Of a DNA stretch of 64,000 bases, positions 49,172 through 58,718 are shown in pieces. This DNA comes from a virus (Duplodnaviria > Heunggongvirae > Uroviricota > Caudoviricetes). The position numbers and the translations under genes are program-made. How positions within the stretch are numbered: position 1 is the stretch's first letter; each line of letters opens with the position of its first letter. Under the pieces are notes generated by a model that was given only the letters and a program-made list of their open reading frames with translations, did no database searches and was not told the origin of the DNA. The DNA is taken from positions 8,924 to 72,923 of the IMG/VR virus record IMGVR_UViG_3300028832_000119; one strand, written 5' to 3'.

Positions 49172-49759
49172 ATGTCAAAATGGGAATCTGAAAAAGAAGA
49201 ATTAGAAAGACTTATAAATGTAGAAAAAGTTAGTTATGAAGAAATAGGTAGAAGATATGGTTGTTCTGGAACTAATATTAAAAAAGTTGCAAAACAATTA
49301 GGAATAGAACTTCCCCAACGTAGAAAAATAAACCCTTGTGAAACTTTTGATAGAAGTTCTAGAAAAATAATATATTATTGTTTAAATTGTGGAAAAGAAT
49401 TAAATCAAGGTTCTAGTAGTTCTCATAGATTTTGTGATAGTAAATGTCATAATGAATATAAATATAAAGAATTTATAGAAAAATGGAAAAATGGAGAAGA
49501 AAATGGAATTAGAGGAGCTTCTGCAATTTCTATGTATATAAAAAGATATTTATTTAAAAAATTTCATAATAGATGTCAAAAATGTGGTTGGGGAGAGGAA
49601 AATCCCTATTCTCATACTATCCCTTTAGAAATTCATCATATTGATGGAGATTGTACTAACAATAAAGAAGAAAATCTTCAATTGCTTTGTCCAAATTGCC
49701 ATTCATTAACTGATAATTTTAGGTCTTTAAATAAAAATACTACTAGATTTAGATATTAA
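49172..49759 (+). CDS. HNH endonuclease (standard code) inside the tRNA array
   Basis: EIHHIDGDCTNNKEENLQLLCPNCHS HNH motif. Zinc-finger Cys pairs. Confidence 0.6.
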   Translation: MSKWESEKEELERLINVEKVSYEEIGRRYGCSGTNIKKVAKQLGIELPQRRKINPCETFDRSSRKIIYYCLNCGKELNQGSSSSHRFCDSKCHNEYKYKEFIEKWKNGEENGIRGASAISMYIKRYLFKKFHNRCQKCGWGEENPYSHTIPLEIHHIDGDCTNNKEENLQLLCPNCHSLTDNFRSLNKNTTRFRY

Positions 49760-49958
49760 AATATTATAATCCTTTTCGGGTAAGGTAAAGCAGAACCTGT
49801 GAGTTTGCCGACTGGTAAGTGAATCAAAGCCTGGGGTAAGAAGCACCTATTGCTTTAGTATAGGTAAACCTTCTAAGAGACGACGCTACCCACAAATATT
49901 TTTTAGCGGTTAGTCTAAAGAAAATCTGCAAAGCTAGGTAAAGGAAGTCCTAGCAAAT

Positions 49959-50032
49959 TCTGATGTAGCATAGTTGGTTAATGCACTTGACTGATAATCA
50001 AGAGATCTCTGGTTCAAGTCCAGACGTCAGAA
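49959..50032 (+). tRNA. tRNA-Ile (GAT)
   Basis: TCTGATG/CGTCAGA acceptor, GCAT-AGTTGGTTA-ATGC D-arm, CTTGA-CTGATAA-TCAAG anticodon arm, TCTGG-TTCAAGT-CCAGA T-arm. Confidence 0.55.
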
Positions 50033-50035
50033 CTA

Positions 50036-50110
50036 TAGTGGCGAAGCTTAACTGGTATAAGCACCAGCCTTATAAGCTGGAGATAGTGGGTTCAACTCCC
50101 ACGGCCACCA
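50036..50110 (+). tRNA. tRNA-like gene with anticodon TAT (Ile-AUA-type?), acceptor imperfect
   Basis: GCTT-AACTGGTAT-AAGC D-arm, CCAGC-CTTATAA-GCTGG anticodon arm, GTGGG-TTCAACT-CCCAC T-arm. Confidence 0.35.
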
Positions 50111-50198
50111 CATATCTCGGTATGGGTGAAAGATTAAGCCAACAGTCTGCAAAACTGTGTGTGGAAGTTTGAGTCTTCCTACCGAGTCAATTTTATTT

Positions 50199-50272
50199 AG
50201 GGGAGTGGCCTAATGGGTTAAGGCTCTTGGTTTGGGACCAAGTGATTGTCGGTTCGAGTCCGGTCTTCCCTA
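50199..50272 (+). tRNA. tRNA-Pro (TGG)
   Basis: AGGGGAG/CTTCCCT acceptor, GCCT-AATGGGTTA-AGGC D-arm, CTTGG-TTTGGGA-CCAAG anticodon arm, TTCGAGT T-loop. Confidence 0.5.
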
Positions 50273-50310
50273 CTAATAGTAGATAGTTCTTTTAACTTAA
50301 TTAATGTAAA

Positions 50311-50499
50311 ATGAAAAAAATTTTAGTATTTTTGATGACTGTGATGATGTTTGTAGCTTGTAATGGCTGTCACCAATCACAACAAGAAAGTTTAGGAGCA
50401 ACTGACTCTACTGAAATTGTAGTTAAGGACTCAGTCATTGACACAATTGATGTAGACCATACAATTGCTACAGATAGACAGACAATGCACATGAACTAA
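50311..50499 (+). CDS. small lipoprotein-like protein (62 aa)
   Basis: MKKILVFLMTVMMFVACNGC has a lipobox-like signal peptide. Confidence 0.4.
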   Translation: MKKILVFLMTVMMFVACNGCHQSQQESLGATDSTEIVVKDSVIDTIDVDHTIATDRQTMHMN

Positions 50500-50620
50500 T
50501 CATGCATTTCCAGAGGAAAAGGAATTCAAAATGCCTCTAGGAGAGTGGCCCTAAGAAAAATTGATTTGATAGAACCTTGAATACAATAGTATTCATTCTG
50601 TGAATAAAAATTAAAATTAC

Positions 50621-50646
50621 GGAGCTACGAGTTAGCTCCTTTTTAT
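50621..50646 (+). terminator. rho-independent terminator
   Basis: ggagctacgagttagctcc + TTTTTAT. Confidence 0.45.
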
Positions 50647-50718
50647 TCCCCATTAGTATAAAGGTTATTACACTCGATTTGTAATCCTGTGATGGCCGTT
50701 CGATTCGACCATGGGGAT
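50647..50718 (+). tRNA. tRNA-like gene (TGT-type loop TTTGTAA) with degenerate anticodon stem
   Basis: TCCCCAT/ATGGGGA acceptor (7 bp), TTCGATT T-loop, weak anticodon stem. Confidence 0.3.
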
Positions 50719-50983
50719 CCATTTGGCTATATAGTAGTTGCAAATGCTATATAGACGTAAGGCTCTTAGTTACGGCTAGGAGGGGAATCGTAAGTCCACT
50801 ATCTTGTACGACGGGAGATAGTCTGTAGTTCAGTAAAAACTTCATTAATGCCGAGGAGTACACAAATACGAGCTGTCGTGTTTTCAGTAAAACTGAATAT
50901 CCGTACTAATCAATCAGGAGAAAGGTGGTAGATTAATGAGTATTTTAGCAAGGTTTAGCACTGTACCTTAAACAGTGCAAATT

Positions 50984-51072
50984 GGGAAGACTGCAATGAT
51001 GGTGGTATTGCGCAGCACTGTAAATGCTGTCCTGTATGGTAAACAACGGGAGTTCGAATCTCTCTCTTCCCA
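50984..51072 (+). tRNA. tRNA-Tyr (GTA), type II
   Basis: GGGAAGA/TCTTCCC acceptor, CAGCA-CTGTAAA-TGCTG anticodon arm, long variable arm, GGGAG-TTCGAAT-CTCTC T-arm. Confidence 0.5.
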
Positions 51073-51321
51073 CTATAGCAACTGCCTTAGATACGAGGGT
51101 ACCAGTCTAAGGTCATAAGAACTAGTAAGCAGGCATAGATGATTTAGGTTCTTTTTAATTAGTATAAAAATCGTTAGACAATAAGAACCGAGAGCGGCGG
51201 AGTGGTTAAACGGCAATAGCGTTAAGGTGAAATTCCTTTGGATAAGATGCCTCTGCTTAAGACCACATTCAAGATTAAAACGTTAAATCAGCGCGGTGTC
51301 ATAATTTATACTAATTAATAT

Positions 51322-51394
51322 TGGGTAGTGGCAGAGGTGGTCAATGCGGAGGTCTGAAAAACCTTAGATATTCGTTCAATTCGAATCTATCCAA
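51322..51394 (+). tRNA. tRNA-Phe (GAA)
   Basis: TGGGTAG/CTATCCA acceptor, GAGGT-CTGAAAA-ACCTT anticodon arm, ATTCG-TTCAATT-CGAAT T-arm. Confidence 0.4.
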
Positions 51395-51544
51395 CTATAA
51401 TTACACTGGTCAACGGACTGAACACTGCAGAGAGCAACTTTTCGTAAGTCTCATAAAAAGATGCCTCAATGGCGGATAAGCGAGTTATCGTAGGTAGAAG
51501 TAAGGTATAGGAAAGCTATACACGATGGAAGGTGTAATTATTAT

Positions 51545-51616
51545 GCAGACTTAGTTCAGGGGTAGAACGTTGCTCTCCAAAAGCAAATGTCGGGGGTTCA
51601 AATCCTTCAGTCTGTG
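51545..51616 (+). tRNA. tRNA-Trp (CCA)
   Basis: GCAGACT/AGTCTGT acceptor, GTTC-AGGGGTA-GAAC D-arm, TTGCT-CTCCAAA-AGCAA anticodon arm, TTCAAAT T-loop. Confidence 0.55.
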
Positions 51617-51621
51617 CAAAT

Positions 51622-51694
51622 GCCCTGGTAGTTCAATGGATTAGAATACATCACTACGGATGATATGATGAGGGTTCGATTCCTTCTCGGGGTA
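51622..51694 (+). tRNA. tRNA-Arg (ACG)
   Basis: GTTC-AATGGATTA-GAAT D-arm, CATCA-CTACGGA-TGATA anticodon arm, GAGGG-TTCGATT-CCTTC T-arm. Acceptor has several G-U pairs. Confidence 0.45.
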
Positions 51695-51829
51695 CAAAGT
51701 CAACACATTTCTTTATTAGTTTCTAATGTAAAAACGAAACTGATTGATACTCTACTATTCAATGACATAGGACAGGAAGTTGTTGATACCTGTTAAAAAA
51801 GGAAATCCTATTGAGAATAGTAGAAAAAT

Positions 51830-51916
51830 AGTGGTATGGCTGAGTGGCCGAAAGCACTTGTCTTGAAAACAAGAGAACGGTAACACGTTCCGTGGGTTCG
51901 AATCCTACTGCCACTA
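51830..51916 (+). tRNA. tRNA-Ser (TGA), type II
   Basis: AGTGGTA/TGCCACT acceptor, CTTGT-CTTGAAA-ACAAG anticodon arm, long variable arm, GTGGG-TTCGAAT-CCTAC T-arm. Confidence 0.55.
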
Positions 51917-51918
51917 CT

Positions 51919-52050
51919 ATGAGTACATTTGAATTAAAAGATGGACAGATTGTCTGTAAAAAGTGTGGAAGTAAAAATGTTTCTATCAAAGCTGGAATGA
52001 TGGTTGATAGAGCATGGTGTAGAGAGTGTAATAATGAAGATTATTTATAA
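51919..52050 (+). CDS. small zinc-ribbon protein (43 aa)
   Basis: MSTFELKDGQIVCKKCGS...CRECNNEDYL. Track ORF 51844 starts inside the tRNA. Confidence 0.4.
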   Translation: MSTFELKDGQIVCKKCGSKNVSIKAGMMVDRAWCRECNNEDYL

Positions 52051-52138
52051 AGAGGGTTGCGTGAGTGGTTTAAACGACTGACCTGCTAAGTCAGCAACCG
52101 CCAAAAGTGGTTCATTGGTTCAAATCCAATACCCTCTA
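52051..52138 (+). tRNA. tRNA-Ser (GCT), type II
   Basis: AGAGGGT/ACCCTCT acceptor, CTGAC-CTGCTAA-GTCAG anticodon arm, long variable arm, ATTGG-TTCAAAT-CCAAT T-arm. Confidence 0.55.
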
Positions 52139-52260
52139 CTAAATTTTATGTATTATGAAAGAAAAAATATTTTCTTATGGGAAATTTTATAATGAAGAGG
52201 ATATGATCAATTTTGTTAATAGTAGAGAATCAGTAACTCCTGTTTCTATAATAAAAGAAG

Positions 52261-52548
52261 ATGGAGTATATAAATTGTTTTATTTATGGTAATATGGGAA
52301 AATATTTTGGACAACAATGCCAGAATGATACTTTAAATCAGAAATTTAGAGAACTTCATGGCAGATTAGTAAATGATATTATTTCTTTTTGTAAAGATAA
52401 TAATATTGAAGCCGAAGAAGTAATATTAAAGGTTGATGGATTGAAAGGTTCTATTCCTTATGAAGAATGGCAACCTTGTACTGACTCTTGTTTAGAAATA
52501 TATAAAGAAGATTCTAGATATGAATTACCAATTTTAATATCATTATGA
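52261..52548 (+). CDS. hypothetical protein (95 aa)
   Basis: ORF. Confidence 0.45.
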   Translation: MEYINCFIYGNMGKYFGQQCQNDTLNQKFRELHGRLVNDIISFCKDNNIEAEEVILKVDGLKGSIPYEEWQPCTDSCLEIYKEDSRYELPILISL

Positions 52549-52772
52549 TAATTGCTAAATGTTTAAATAATGTCAATCCTTGGGGAGGAAATAAATACCC
52601 TCTTGAAATAGGAAAAAACTATGAAGTAGAAGATATTGATATGGGACAATCTTATACTACTATTAAATTGGCTGGCATAAAAGAACCCATTAATTCAGTT
52701 TGTTTAGAATTTTTTATTGATGGAGCTCCTATCAATATTTATTCTGATAAACGATTTAATCCTTATTTATAA
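52545..52772 (+). CDS. hypothetical protein (75 aa)
   Basis: ORF with ATGA overlap. Confidence 0.45.
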   Translation: MIIAKCLNNVNPWGGNKYPLEIGKNYEVEDIDMGQSYTTIKLAGIKEPINSVCLEFFIDGAPINIYSDKRFNPYL

Positions 52773-52774
52773 TT

Positions 52775-53053
52775 ATGGAATATACATTAGAAACAAGATT
52801 TGATATCGGAGATTCTGTCTTTGGATTTGTTGATGGAGAAATTCATAATTTGGTTATAGATAGAATAGAAATAAGTTTTGAACGATTTAGTAAAACTGAT
52901 AAATATACTAGATATAAAGTAGTGTATTTGGCTACTACAACAGATTGTGAAAAATTTAATTGTCAACATAGATTTAAAGAAGGAACATTATTTACTAAAG
53001 AAGAATTGAAAAATCATGTTAATGAATATTTTGAAAATAGAGAAAATTCTTAA
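52775..53053 (+). CDS. hypothetical protein (92 aa)
   Basis: ORF. Confidence 0.45.
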   Translation: MEYTLETRFDIGDSVFGFVDGEIHNLVIDRIEISFERFSKTDKYTRYKVVYLATTTDCEKFNCQHRFKEGTLFTKEELKNHVNEYFENRENS

Positions 53054-53486
53054 TCATCAACAGCATTTATATTTTAATTGTAAACGGCCTGAAGATTATG
53101 ATTATGAAGCTGGAAGAAATGCTGGAATAGCACAAATTACTAAAGATTTGTGGAATATTCCAATTCAAACAGAACTAGGAGAGAAATTTCCTTTTACTGG
53201 ATTTGTAGAAATTGATGGAACAATTCATAAATGTAATTCTTGTGAACATGAGGATTTAGTTCGCAGTATTGTTTATGATAATCCAGAATACTTTAAAAAG
53301 TATAGAAATGTTCCTGCAGTATTCTATGACCACAAGCCTCAAGGTATGTTACAAGAGGAATATTTCTTAATGAAATATCTTGGATTTGTTAAAGTATCTT
53401 CTTTTAAAGATGCTCCTACTAAGAAGATATTATTTAGGTATGAGAATTTAACTTGGAAACAATCTGATATAATTTATCCACAATGA
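53016..53486 (+). CDS. hypothetical protein (156 aa)
   Basis: ORF. Confidence 0.45.
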   Translation: MLMNILKIEKILNHQQHLYFNCKRPEDYDYEAGRNAGIAQITKDLWNIPIQTELGEKFPFTGFVEIDGTIHKCNSCEHEDLVRSIVYDNPEYFKKYRNVPAVFYDHKPQGMLQEEYFLMKYLGFVKVSSFKDAPTKKILFRYENLTWKQSDIIYPQ

Positions 53487-53923
53487 AAATAGTTAAGCAA
53501 ATAGATGAGACACATTTTGAAGTAGAAATGGAACCTTGGGATAAAGATAAAGAAATTAAAGTTTCTATAGCTCATGATTATTTAGCTATAGGAGCTCCCA
53601 ATAGTTTCTGTACTTCTATTGATATTAAGGGAGAATACAATAGTGGTCCCATAAATGGGCTTCTTAATTATAATACTCTTCAAATTCCTATTAGAGCTAC
53701 TCAAGAAATATTAAGACTTATTAAAGATTATAAGTATTTAAAACCAGAACATCTTATTTGTAGAGATGGAAAACTAAACTATCTTTGGAATAATTATCCA
53801 ATAAAATTTAAAGATGAAGATGGTGTTTGGAGAGTAGCAGTTAGAGGAGATAATGAAGAAAAGTATTCAATTCTCTCACTTGCTGTTTATAATAAATTAA
53901 CTAAAGGTTTAGAAAATGACTAA
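53483..53923 (+). CDS. hypothetical protein (146 aa)
   Basis: ORF with ATGA overlap. Confidence 0.45.
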   Translation: MKIVKQIDETHFEVEMEPWDKDKEIKVSIAHDYLAIGAPNSFCTSIDIKGEYNSGPINGLLNYNTLQIPIRATQEILRLIKDYKYLKPEHLICRDGKLNYLWNNYPIKFKDEDGVWRVAVRGDNEEKYSILSLAVYNKLTKGLEND

Positions 53924-54128
53924 AGGTGAACTATTAGATTTTCTTACTGCAAGAGCTAAGGAATTTAGAAATGATACTACAGCTATTTGTAGGAATAAGC
54001 ATTTAACAGGAGTTAATGAACAAGAAATGCCTAGAGCTTTTCAAATAGATGGAACATTAGTTGCATTTATTAATTATGTTGGAATGCATCAAGGTATTGA
54101 TTATGCTTTAAGTGTTAAAGATTTATGA
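53916..54128 (+). CDS. hypothetical protein (70 aa)
   Basis: ORF. Confidence 0.4.
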   Translation: MTKGELLDFLTARAKEFRNDTTAICRNKHLTGVNEQEMPRAFQIDGTLVAFINYVGMHQGIDYALSVKDL

Positions 54129-54460
54129 GTTATACAGAAACACATTTTGGTAAATTTAAAGTTCTTGCCAAAGGAGAAGAAAATATTAGACAATATATTA
54201 AAGAACATAATATAGAAACTGATAAGTATGAAGATACTTGGCCTTCTGATACAGATAAATATTGTGTAACATATCCTTATGAAAAGGATGGAGATAAATA
54301 TCTTATAGAATTTATTGAACACGAAGAACTTGATGAAGGAGATGACTTTGAAAAATTTCGACAGAATGAAGATGGTACTATAAGTTTTGGAGTACAATTT
54401 TATAATGGAGGATGTGGTTTATTTGAAGCTCTTGGAGGTTTCTATAAATGTTTAAAATAA
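54125..54460 (+). CDS. acidic hypothetical protein (111 aa)
   Basis: ORF. Confidence 0.45.
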   Translation: MSYTETHFGKFKVLAKGEENIRQYIKEHNIETDKYEDTWPSDTDKYCVTYPYEKDGDKYLIEFIEHEELDEGDDFEKFRQNEDGTISFGVQFYNGGCGLFEALGGFYKCLK

Positions 54461-54469
54461 TTTTAGGTT

Positions 54470-54553
54470 GGGATAGTGGTGGAACTGGTGAGACACGCTA
54501 GTCTTAGGAACTAGTACATTGATACATTGTAGGTTCGAATCCTACCTGTCCTA
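54470..54553 (+). tRNA. tRNA-Leu (TAG), type II
   Basis: GGGATAG/CTGTCCT acceptor, CTAGT-CTTAGGA-ACTAG anticodon arm, long variable region, GTAGG-TTCGAAT-CCTAC T-arm. Confidence 0.45.
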
Positions 54554-54677
54554 CATCAAAAGAGATTTGAGACTCAACGTAACGTCAATAGTCCCTGAAG
54601 AAATTCAAACTATTGCTTCATCGTAAGTGGAAGAAGTTTTTTAGCTCAGTTTTACGGTTATAAAAACTGAGATCTTT

Positions 54678-54755
54678 GCGGGTATGGTGTAGTTGCAGGC
54701 GCACACCTGACTTCCAATCAGGAGGCATGCGTGGGTTGGATCCCCACTATCCGCA
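54678..54755 (+). tRNA. tRNA-Gly (TCC)
   Basis: GCGGGTA/TATCCGC acceptor, CCTGA-CTTCCAA-TCAGG anticodon arm, GTGGG-TTGGATC-CCCAC T-arm. Variable region longer than usual. Confidence 0.45.
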
Positions 54756-54761
54756 CAATTT

Positions 54762-54839
54762 GCAGTGTTAGTGTAGTTGGAGGTGCATATCTGCTTGCCA
54801 TGCAGAAGGCTTACGCTGGTTCGATTCCAGTACACTGCT
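54762..54839 (+). tRNA. tRNA-Gly (GCC)
   Basis: GCAGTGT/ACACTGC acceptor, TCTGC-TTGCCAT-GCAGA anticodon arm, GCTGG-TTCGATT-CCAGT T-arm. Confidence 0.45.
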
Positions 54840-54859
54840 CAATTAAATGTAAATGTGGT

Positions 54860-55585
54860 ATGTATAGAAAATTTAAAGAACTTACAAAGGAAGAATTAAT
54901 ACAAACTATAGAAGAAGTTGAATATCTTGGATAGGTATTAAAAAACTTAGGTTGTGTAGATAATAGTTATAATAGAAACAAGTTAAAAGAATTTATAGAA
55001 TTAAACAATATTTCTACTTCTCATATTAAAACTAAATTAACTAGAGAAACATATGAATAGAATCCAAAACATTGTAAATGTTGTAATAAAGTAATTCCTT
55101 ATGAAAAAAGAGAAAATGATTTTTGTGATCATTCTTGTGCAGCTAGTTATAATAATCGTGGAATATGTAGAAATGGTACTCCACTTCCAGAACATTCATA
55201 TTGCTTAAATTGTGGTAAAGAAATTACCAGAGGAAATAAATTTTGTGATAATACTTGTGCTGCTAAGTATAGAGAAAAACAATATATTGAACGTTGGAAA
55301 AATGGAGAAGAGGATGGATTAAGTGGTAAATATGGAATAATAACTGCAGTTAGAAATTATATATTTGAAAAGAATAATAATGAATGTGAATGTTGTCATA
55401 AAAATTATATAAATCCTTATACTGGTTTATCTATATTACAAATCCATCATATAGATGGTGATTGTACTAATAATTCTGAAGAAAATTTAAAATTATTATG
55501 TCCAAATTGTCATGCAATGACTGAAAATTATGGTTCTTTAAACAAAGGAAAAGCAACTAGAGTAGATAATAGAATGAGATATTAA
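54860..55585 (+). CDS. HNH endonuclease paralog, TAG-recoded (2 in-frame TAG)
   Basis: ATG 54860 (MYRKFKELTKEEL...EYLG-TAG-VLKNLG...RETYE-TAG-NPKHCKCCNK...ILQIHHIDGDCTNNSEENLKLLCPNCHAM...). Same frame to TAA 55583-55585. Homologous to 49172..49759. Confidence 0.5.
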
Positions 55586-55596
55586 ATATCTCTAAT

Positions 55597-55668
55597 GCTT
55601 CTATGGCAGAAGGGATTATGCACCAGACTCTTAATCTGGCTATCAAGGTTCGAGTCCTTGTAGGAGTA
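55597..55668 (+). tRNA. tRNA-Lys (CTT)
   Basis: GCTTCTA/TAGGAGT acceptor, CCAGA-CTCTTAA-TCTGG anticodon arm, CAAGG-TTCGAGT-CCTTG T-arm. Confidence 0.45.
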
Positions 55669-55678
55669 CTAAATCATT

Positions 55679-55748
55679 GGGTTTGTAGCTCGAAGGTCGA
55701 GCAGGTGGCTGTTAACCACTCGGTGGGGGTTCGATTCCCTCCATTCCC
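55679..55748 (+). tRNA. tRNA-Asn-like (GTT), weakly paired acceptor
   Basis: CTCG-AAGGT-CGAG D-arm, GGTGG-CTGTTAA-CCACT anticodon arm, GGGGG-TTCGATT-CCCTC T-arm. Confidence 0.3.
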
Positions 55749-55764
55749 GCCCTTATTTTTTAAT

Positions 55765-55838
55765 GGGACAGTTGGCCGAGAGACTTAGGCACAAGTTTGT
55801 GGCACTTGGATACGTGGGTTTGAATCCCTCACTGCCCC
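55765..55838 (+). tRNA. tRNA-His (GTG) with extra 5' G(-1)
   Basis: G-1 + GGACAGT/ACTGCCC + C73, CAAGT-TTGTGGC-ACTTG anticodon arm, GTGGG-TTTGAAT-CCCTC T-arm. Confidence 0.45.
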
Positions 55839-56116
55839 CAATAACTAAAACTCTTATAAAATAAAGTCATAAATAAATTTTGATTTTTTATCCTTGATTT
55901 ATGATAAGAAAGTATGTGCAGTATTTGATTATTCTAAATTGAGGATATATTTATTTTGTGATTAGATAATTATTTATAAACTTTAAATTTGTAAAGAGTT
56001 ATGAAAAAAGTAAAAAGTGTTTTTAAGAAAATTGGTCAAATTTACATGAATAGTGTAATAGAATATTACAGACCATTGATTGATGCAAAAGTCAATCCTT
56101 TAATTTAATAGTTTTT

Positions 56117-56187
56117 ACACTCATAGCTTAGTGGTAAAGCCTCGGACTTTTAATCCGGTGACCTGGGTCCGATTCCCAGTGGGTGTA
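56117..56187 (+). tRNA. tRNA-Lys (TTT), third copy; T-loop TCCGATT
   Basis: ACACTCA/TGGGTGT acceptor, GCTT-AGTGGTA-AAGC D-arm, TCGGA-CTTTTAA-TCCGG anticodon arm. Confidence 0.45.
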
Positions 56188-56695
56188 CCTCTAAGGAGGA
56201 AATTAATTTAATTAGTATTAGTTATGAAAAATAAATTAAAAATATTTGCAATATGTGCCACAACTATTGCAGCTTCTATATATTCCTTTTATTTAGTAAA
56301 AAGTGGTTATATGCTATGACATTAGATTAGTTAAAACCTATTTTAAGGAATGGAAAATATTATAATTGGGGAATAATTCCAGGATGGATTGGATTTATAA
56401 AATATAATTATTTCTTAGATGAAGTATTTTTTGTAAATGGGGATTATAGATTATGTGAAAAAGAATTAAGAGATAAATTAAAAGATAGAAATGACTTATA
56501 CTATATAATATGATAACATTAAGTGTAATATTAATAATATTAGTAATTATAGGTATTTACGATCCTTATATTGATTGTTTTTACGATTATAGAGGAAAAT
56601 ATCATATTATATTATGGTATAATGATTCTAAAGGACAACGTAAATATATAAATATTATAGGCAATCAAGATAGATGATTGCCTTTTTTTGTGCTT

Positions 56696-57217
56696 ATGAA
56701 AAAGTTTGAATGTGATTTTTTTAAAGATTGGATATTTATTAACATATTTAATATGATATCCTTTTCCTCAGATAAACTAGAATTATTAAGAGCAACTAAA
56801 GGAATCTTTGTTTCTTTGCAATGTAAGTTTATATTTTCACGTCATTGTCCATTTATATATAATTTACATAGAGGTAAATTATTATCTATATGTATTCAAG
56901 ATGTTCAGTGGAAAGATAAATGGCAAAGCCCAAGACATGAAGAAGATCCTTTTATAAGTATTGGATTATTTAATAAATTCTATTTTAACTGGACATGGAA
57001 ACTGCCTGCTCATTTAAGAACAGATAAAATAGATGAATTAGATTATTGGGAGCAATTCATTTGGTATAAACATTACTATTATGAATATTCTAATGGAACT
57101 CTAGGTGAACCAAATCTTAAAATGGCTAAAGAAAAATGGCCCTGGCAAGATATGGAAAATAATAGTACTTGGAATGATAGATTTTTAACTAATAAAGCAT
57201 TAAATGAAATACGTTAA
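56696..57217 (+). CDS. hypothetical Trp-rich protein
   Basis: ATG at 56696 inside track ORF 56678..57217 (which starts at a TTG). Confidence 0.45.
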   Translation: MKKFECDFFKDWIFINIFNMISFSSDKLELLRATKGIFVSLQCKFIFSRHCPFIYNLHRGKLLSICIQDVQWKDKWQSPRHEEDPFISIGLFNKFYFNWTWKLPAHLRTDKIDELDYWEQFIWYKHYYYEYSNGTLGEPNLKMAKEKWPWQDMENNSTWNDRFLTNKALNEIR

Positions 57218-57364
57218 AGTTGAATGGCCCGAAATCCAGGACTATATGTGTCTTAGTGATTTCCAAGAAGAAAGTTTTTATGACCCACAGAAAGATGTTT
57301 GGTTTATTCCAGATTGGTGGGAAACTGAAAGAGATTTAGAAGAAGATAATAAATCAATTTAATT

Positions 57365-57748
57365 ATGTGTTTAATATCAAAATTAAGATTTCCTAGAAAA
57401 GCTTTAAGAGATATAGAATGTTTTAAAGTATTATATAAAAATGGAGATGAATATTTTACTCCATATATGGATACTGTTGTAAATGTTAATGAACCTCTAA
57501 AAGCGAAAGGATGGAGTATTTCAATAATTCCATATGAAAAAGCCCGAGGATATATTCATACATATTCTTCTTTAAATGTGGCAAGAGCAAGTATTATGGT
57601 ATTAGATGATCCCTCTGTAGTTATATTTAAATGTATTATTCCAAAAGGAACTAAGTATCATATATCTGCATATTACACAGAATATTGTTCTAAACAAATT
57701 AAATTTATTTCTCAAATTCCTTCCTATGAAATACACAATATACACTGA
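57365..57748 (+). CDS. hypothetical protein (127 aa)
   Basis: ORF. Confidence 0.45.
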   Translation: MCLISKLRFPRKALRDIECFKVLYKNGDEYFTPYMDTVVNVNEPLKAKGWSISIIPYEKARGYIHTYSSLNVARASIMVLDDPSVVIFKCIIPKGTKYHISAYYTEYCSKQIKFISQIPSYEIHNIH

Positions 57749-58157
57749 TGGTTCTTGTAGAGGTAATGGTAATGGAGGATTAGGGGTAGTTTGGTTAAAG
57801 AATGGAAAGAAAGTTTTAGAATTTTCTAAAGGATTTAAGAATACTACTAATAATCAAATGGAATTGTTTGCAATTTTTATTGGAATAAAAGCTATTACTA
57901 AACCAATAGATTCTTTAGAAATTGTGTCTGATTCTGAATATGCTTTAGGATGCATATTTAATCCTAAATGGAATCCAAAAAAGAACCAAAAATTAATTGT
58001 TAGAATTAAAAAGCAATTAGAGGTTACTCAAAAACTTGTTAAAGAGCCAATTAAATATCGTCATGTTTATGGTCATCAGAAAGAAGGTAATGAGGATATG
58101 ATTTGGAATAATTATTGTGATAAATTAGCTGCTAATGAATCAAGTATAATAATATGA
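57726..58157 (+). CDS. rnhA: ribonuclease H (RNase HI-like)
   Basis: YTDGSCRGNGNGGLGVVW ... TNNQMELFAI ... DSEYA motifs of the RNase H fold. Confidence 0.55.
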   Translation: MKYTIYTDGSCRGNGNGGLGVVWLKNGKKVLEFSKGFKNTTNNQMELFAIFIGIKAITKPIDSLEIVSDSEYALGCIFNPKWNPKKNQKLIVRIKKQLEVTQKLVKEPIKYRHVYGHQKEGNEDMIWNNYCDKLAANESSIII

Positions 58158-58345
58158 AAGATGTAGAAAGAGAAGTTAGAGAAGGGATTGCTTTAGAAAA
58201 TCAATGCCTTAAAAAACTTGATTTTATTAGAAATGAATTATTACCTATTTATGGTAATGTTACATTAAAAGAAATAGAAGAAAGTTTATGGAATCAATAT
58301 CTAAAATTTCATGATAGAGTAACTAATTATTTCAAAGATGAATAA
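58154..58345 (+). CDS. hypothetical protein (63 aa)
   Basis: ORF. Confidence 0.4.
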   Translation: MKDVEREVREGIALENQCLKKLDFIRNELLPIYGNVTLKEIEESLWNQYLKFHDRVTNYFKDE

Positions 58346-58718
58346 AGAACAATTAAAGAAAGGGGACTATATTCAATCTAATTCTGGAGTTCCTGCATTT
58401 GTTGATAAAATTCTTCCATCTAGAATAAGAGTATGGATAGGAAATAAAAAAGAATATATTCCAGATGATGAATTACAAAGTTGGTCTTACGGAAATCCTA
58501 TTAAAGATAACCGAATAGTAGGAAGTAAAACTTTCGCTGTCCGATTTAAACACTTCTTAGATTGGATTCCTAAGGAATTTTATATGTTTGGTCCACATAT
58601 ACTTGAAGAATATGAGTATATGCAAATAGTAGCTAATGATCTTCTTAAATATCAGATTCAAACAGCTACAGATGAGGAAGAAATTAACTATTTAAAACGA
58701 CTCAACTTATATGAATGA
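58338..58718 (+). CDS. hypothetical protein (126 aa)
   Basis: ORF. Confidence 0.45.
   Translation: MNKEQLKKGDYIQSNSGVPAFVDKILPSRIRVWIGNKKEYIPDDELQSWSYGNPIKDNRIVGSKTFAVRFKHFLDWIPKEFYMFGPHILEEYEYMQIVANDLLKYQIQTATDEEEINYLKRLNLYE

Noticed and set aside
49981-55788. Track ORFs overlapping tRNA genes (49981..50172, 51759..51989 minus, 54641..54835 minus, 54731..54934 N-terminal part, 55603..55788, 36390..36611 minus)
   Set aside because: They run through clear tRNA cloverleaves and have GC-rich tRNA-derived composition. Only the C-terminal part of 54731..54934 is real, as the N-terminus of the recoded HNH gene.
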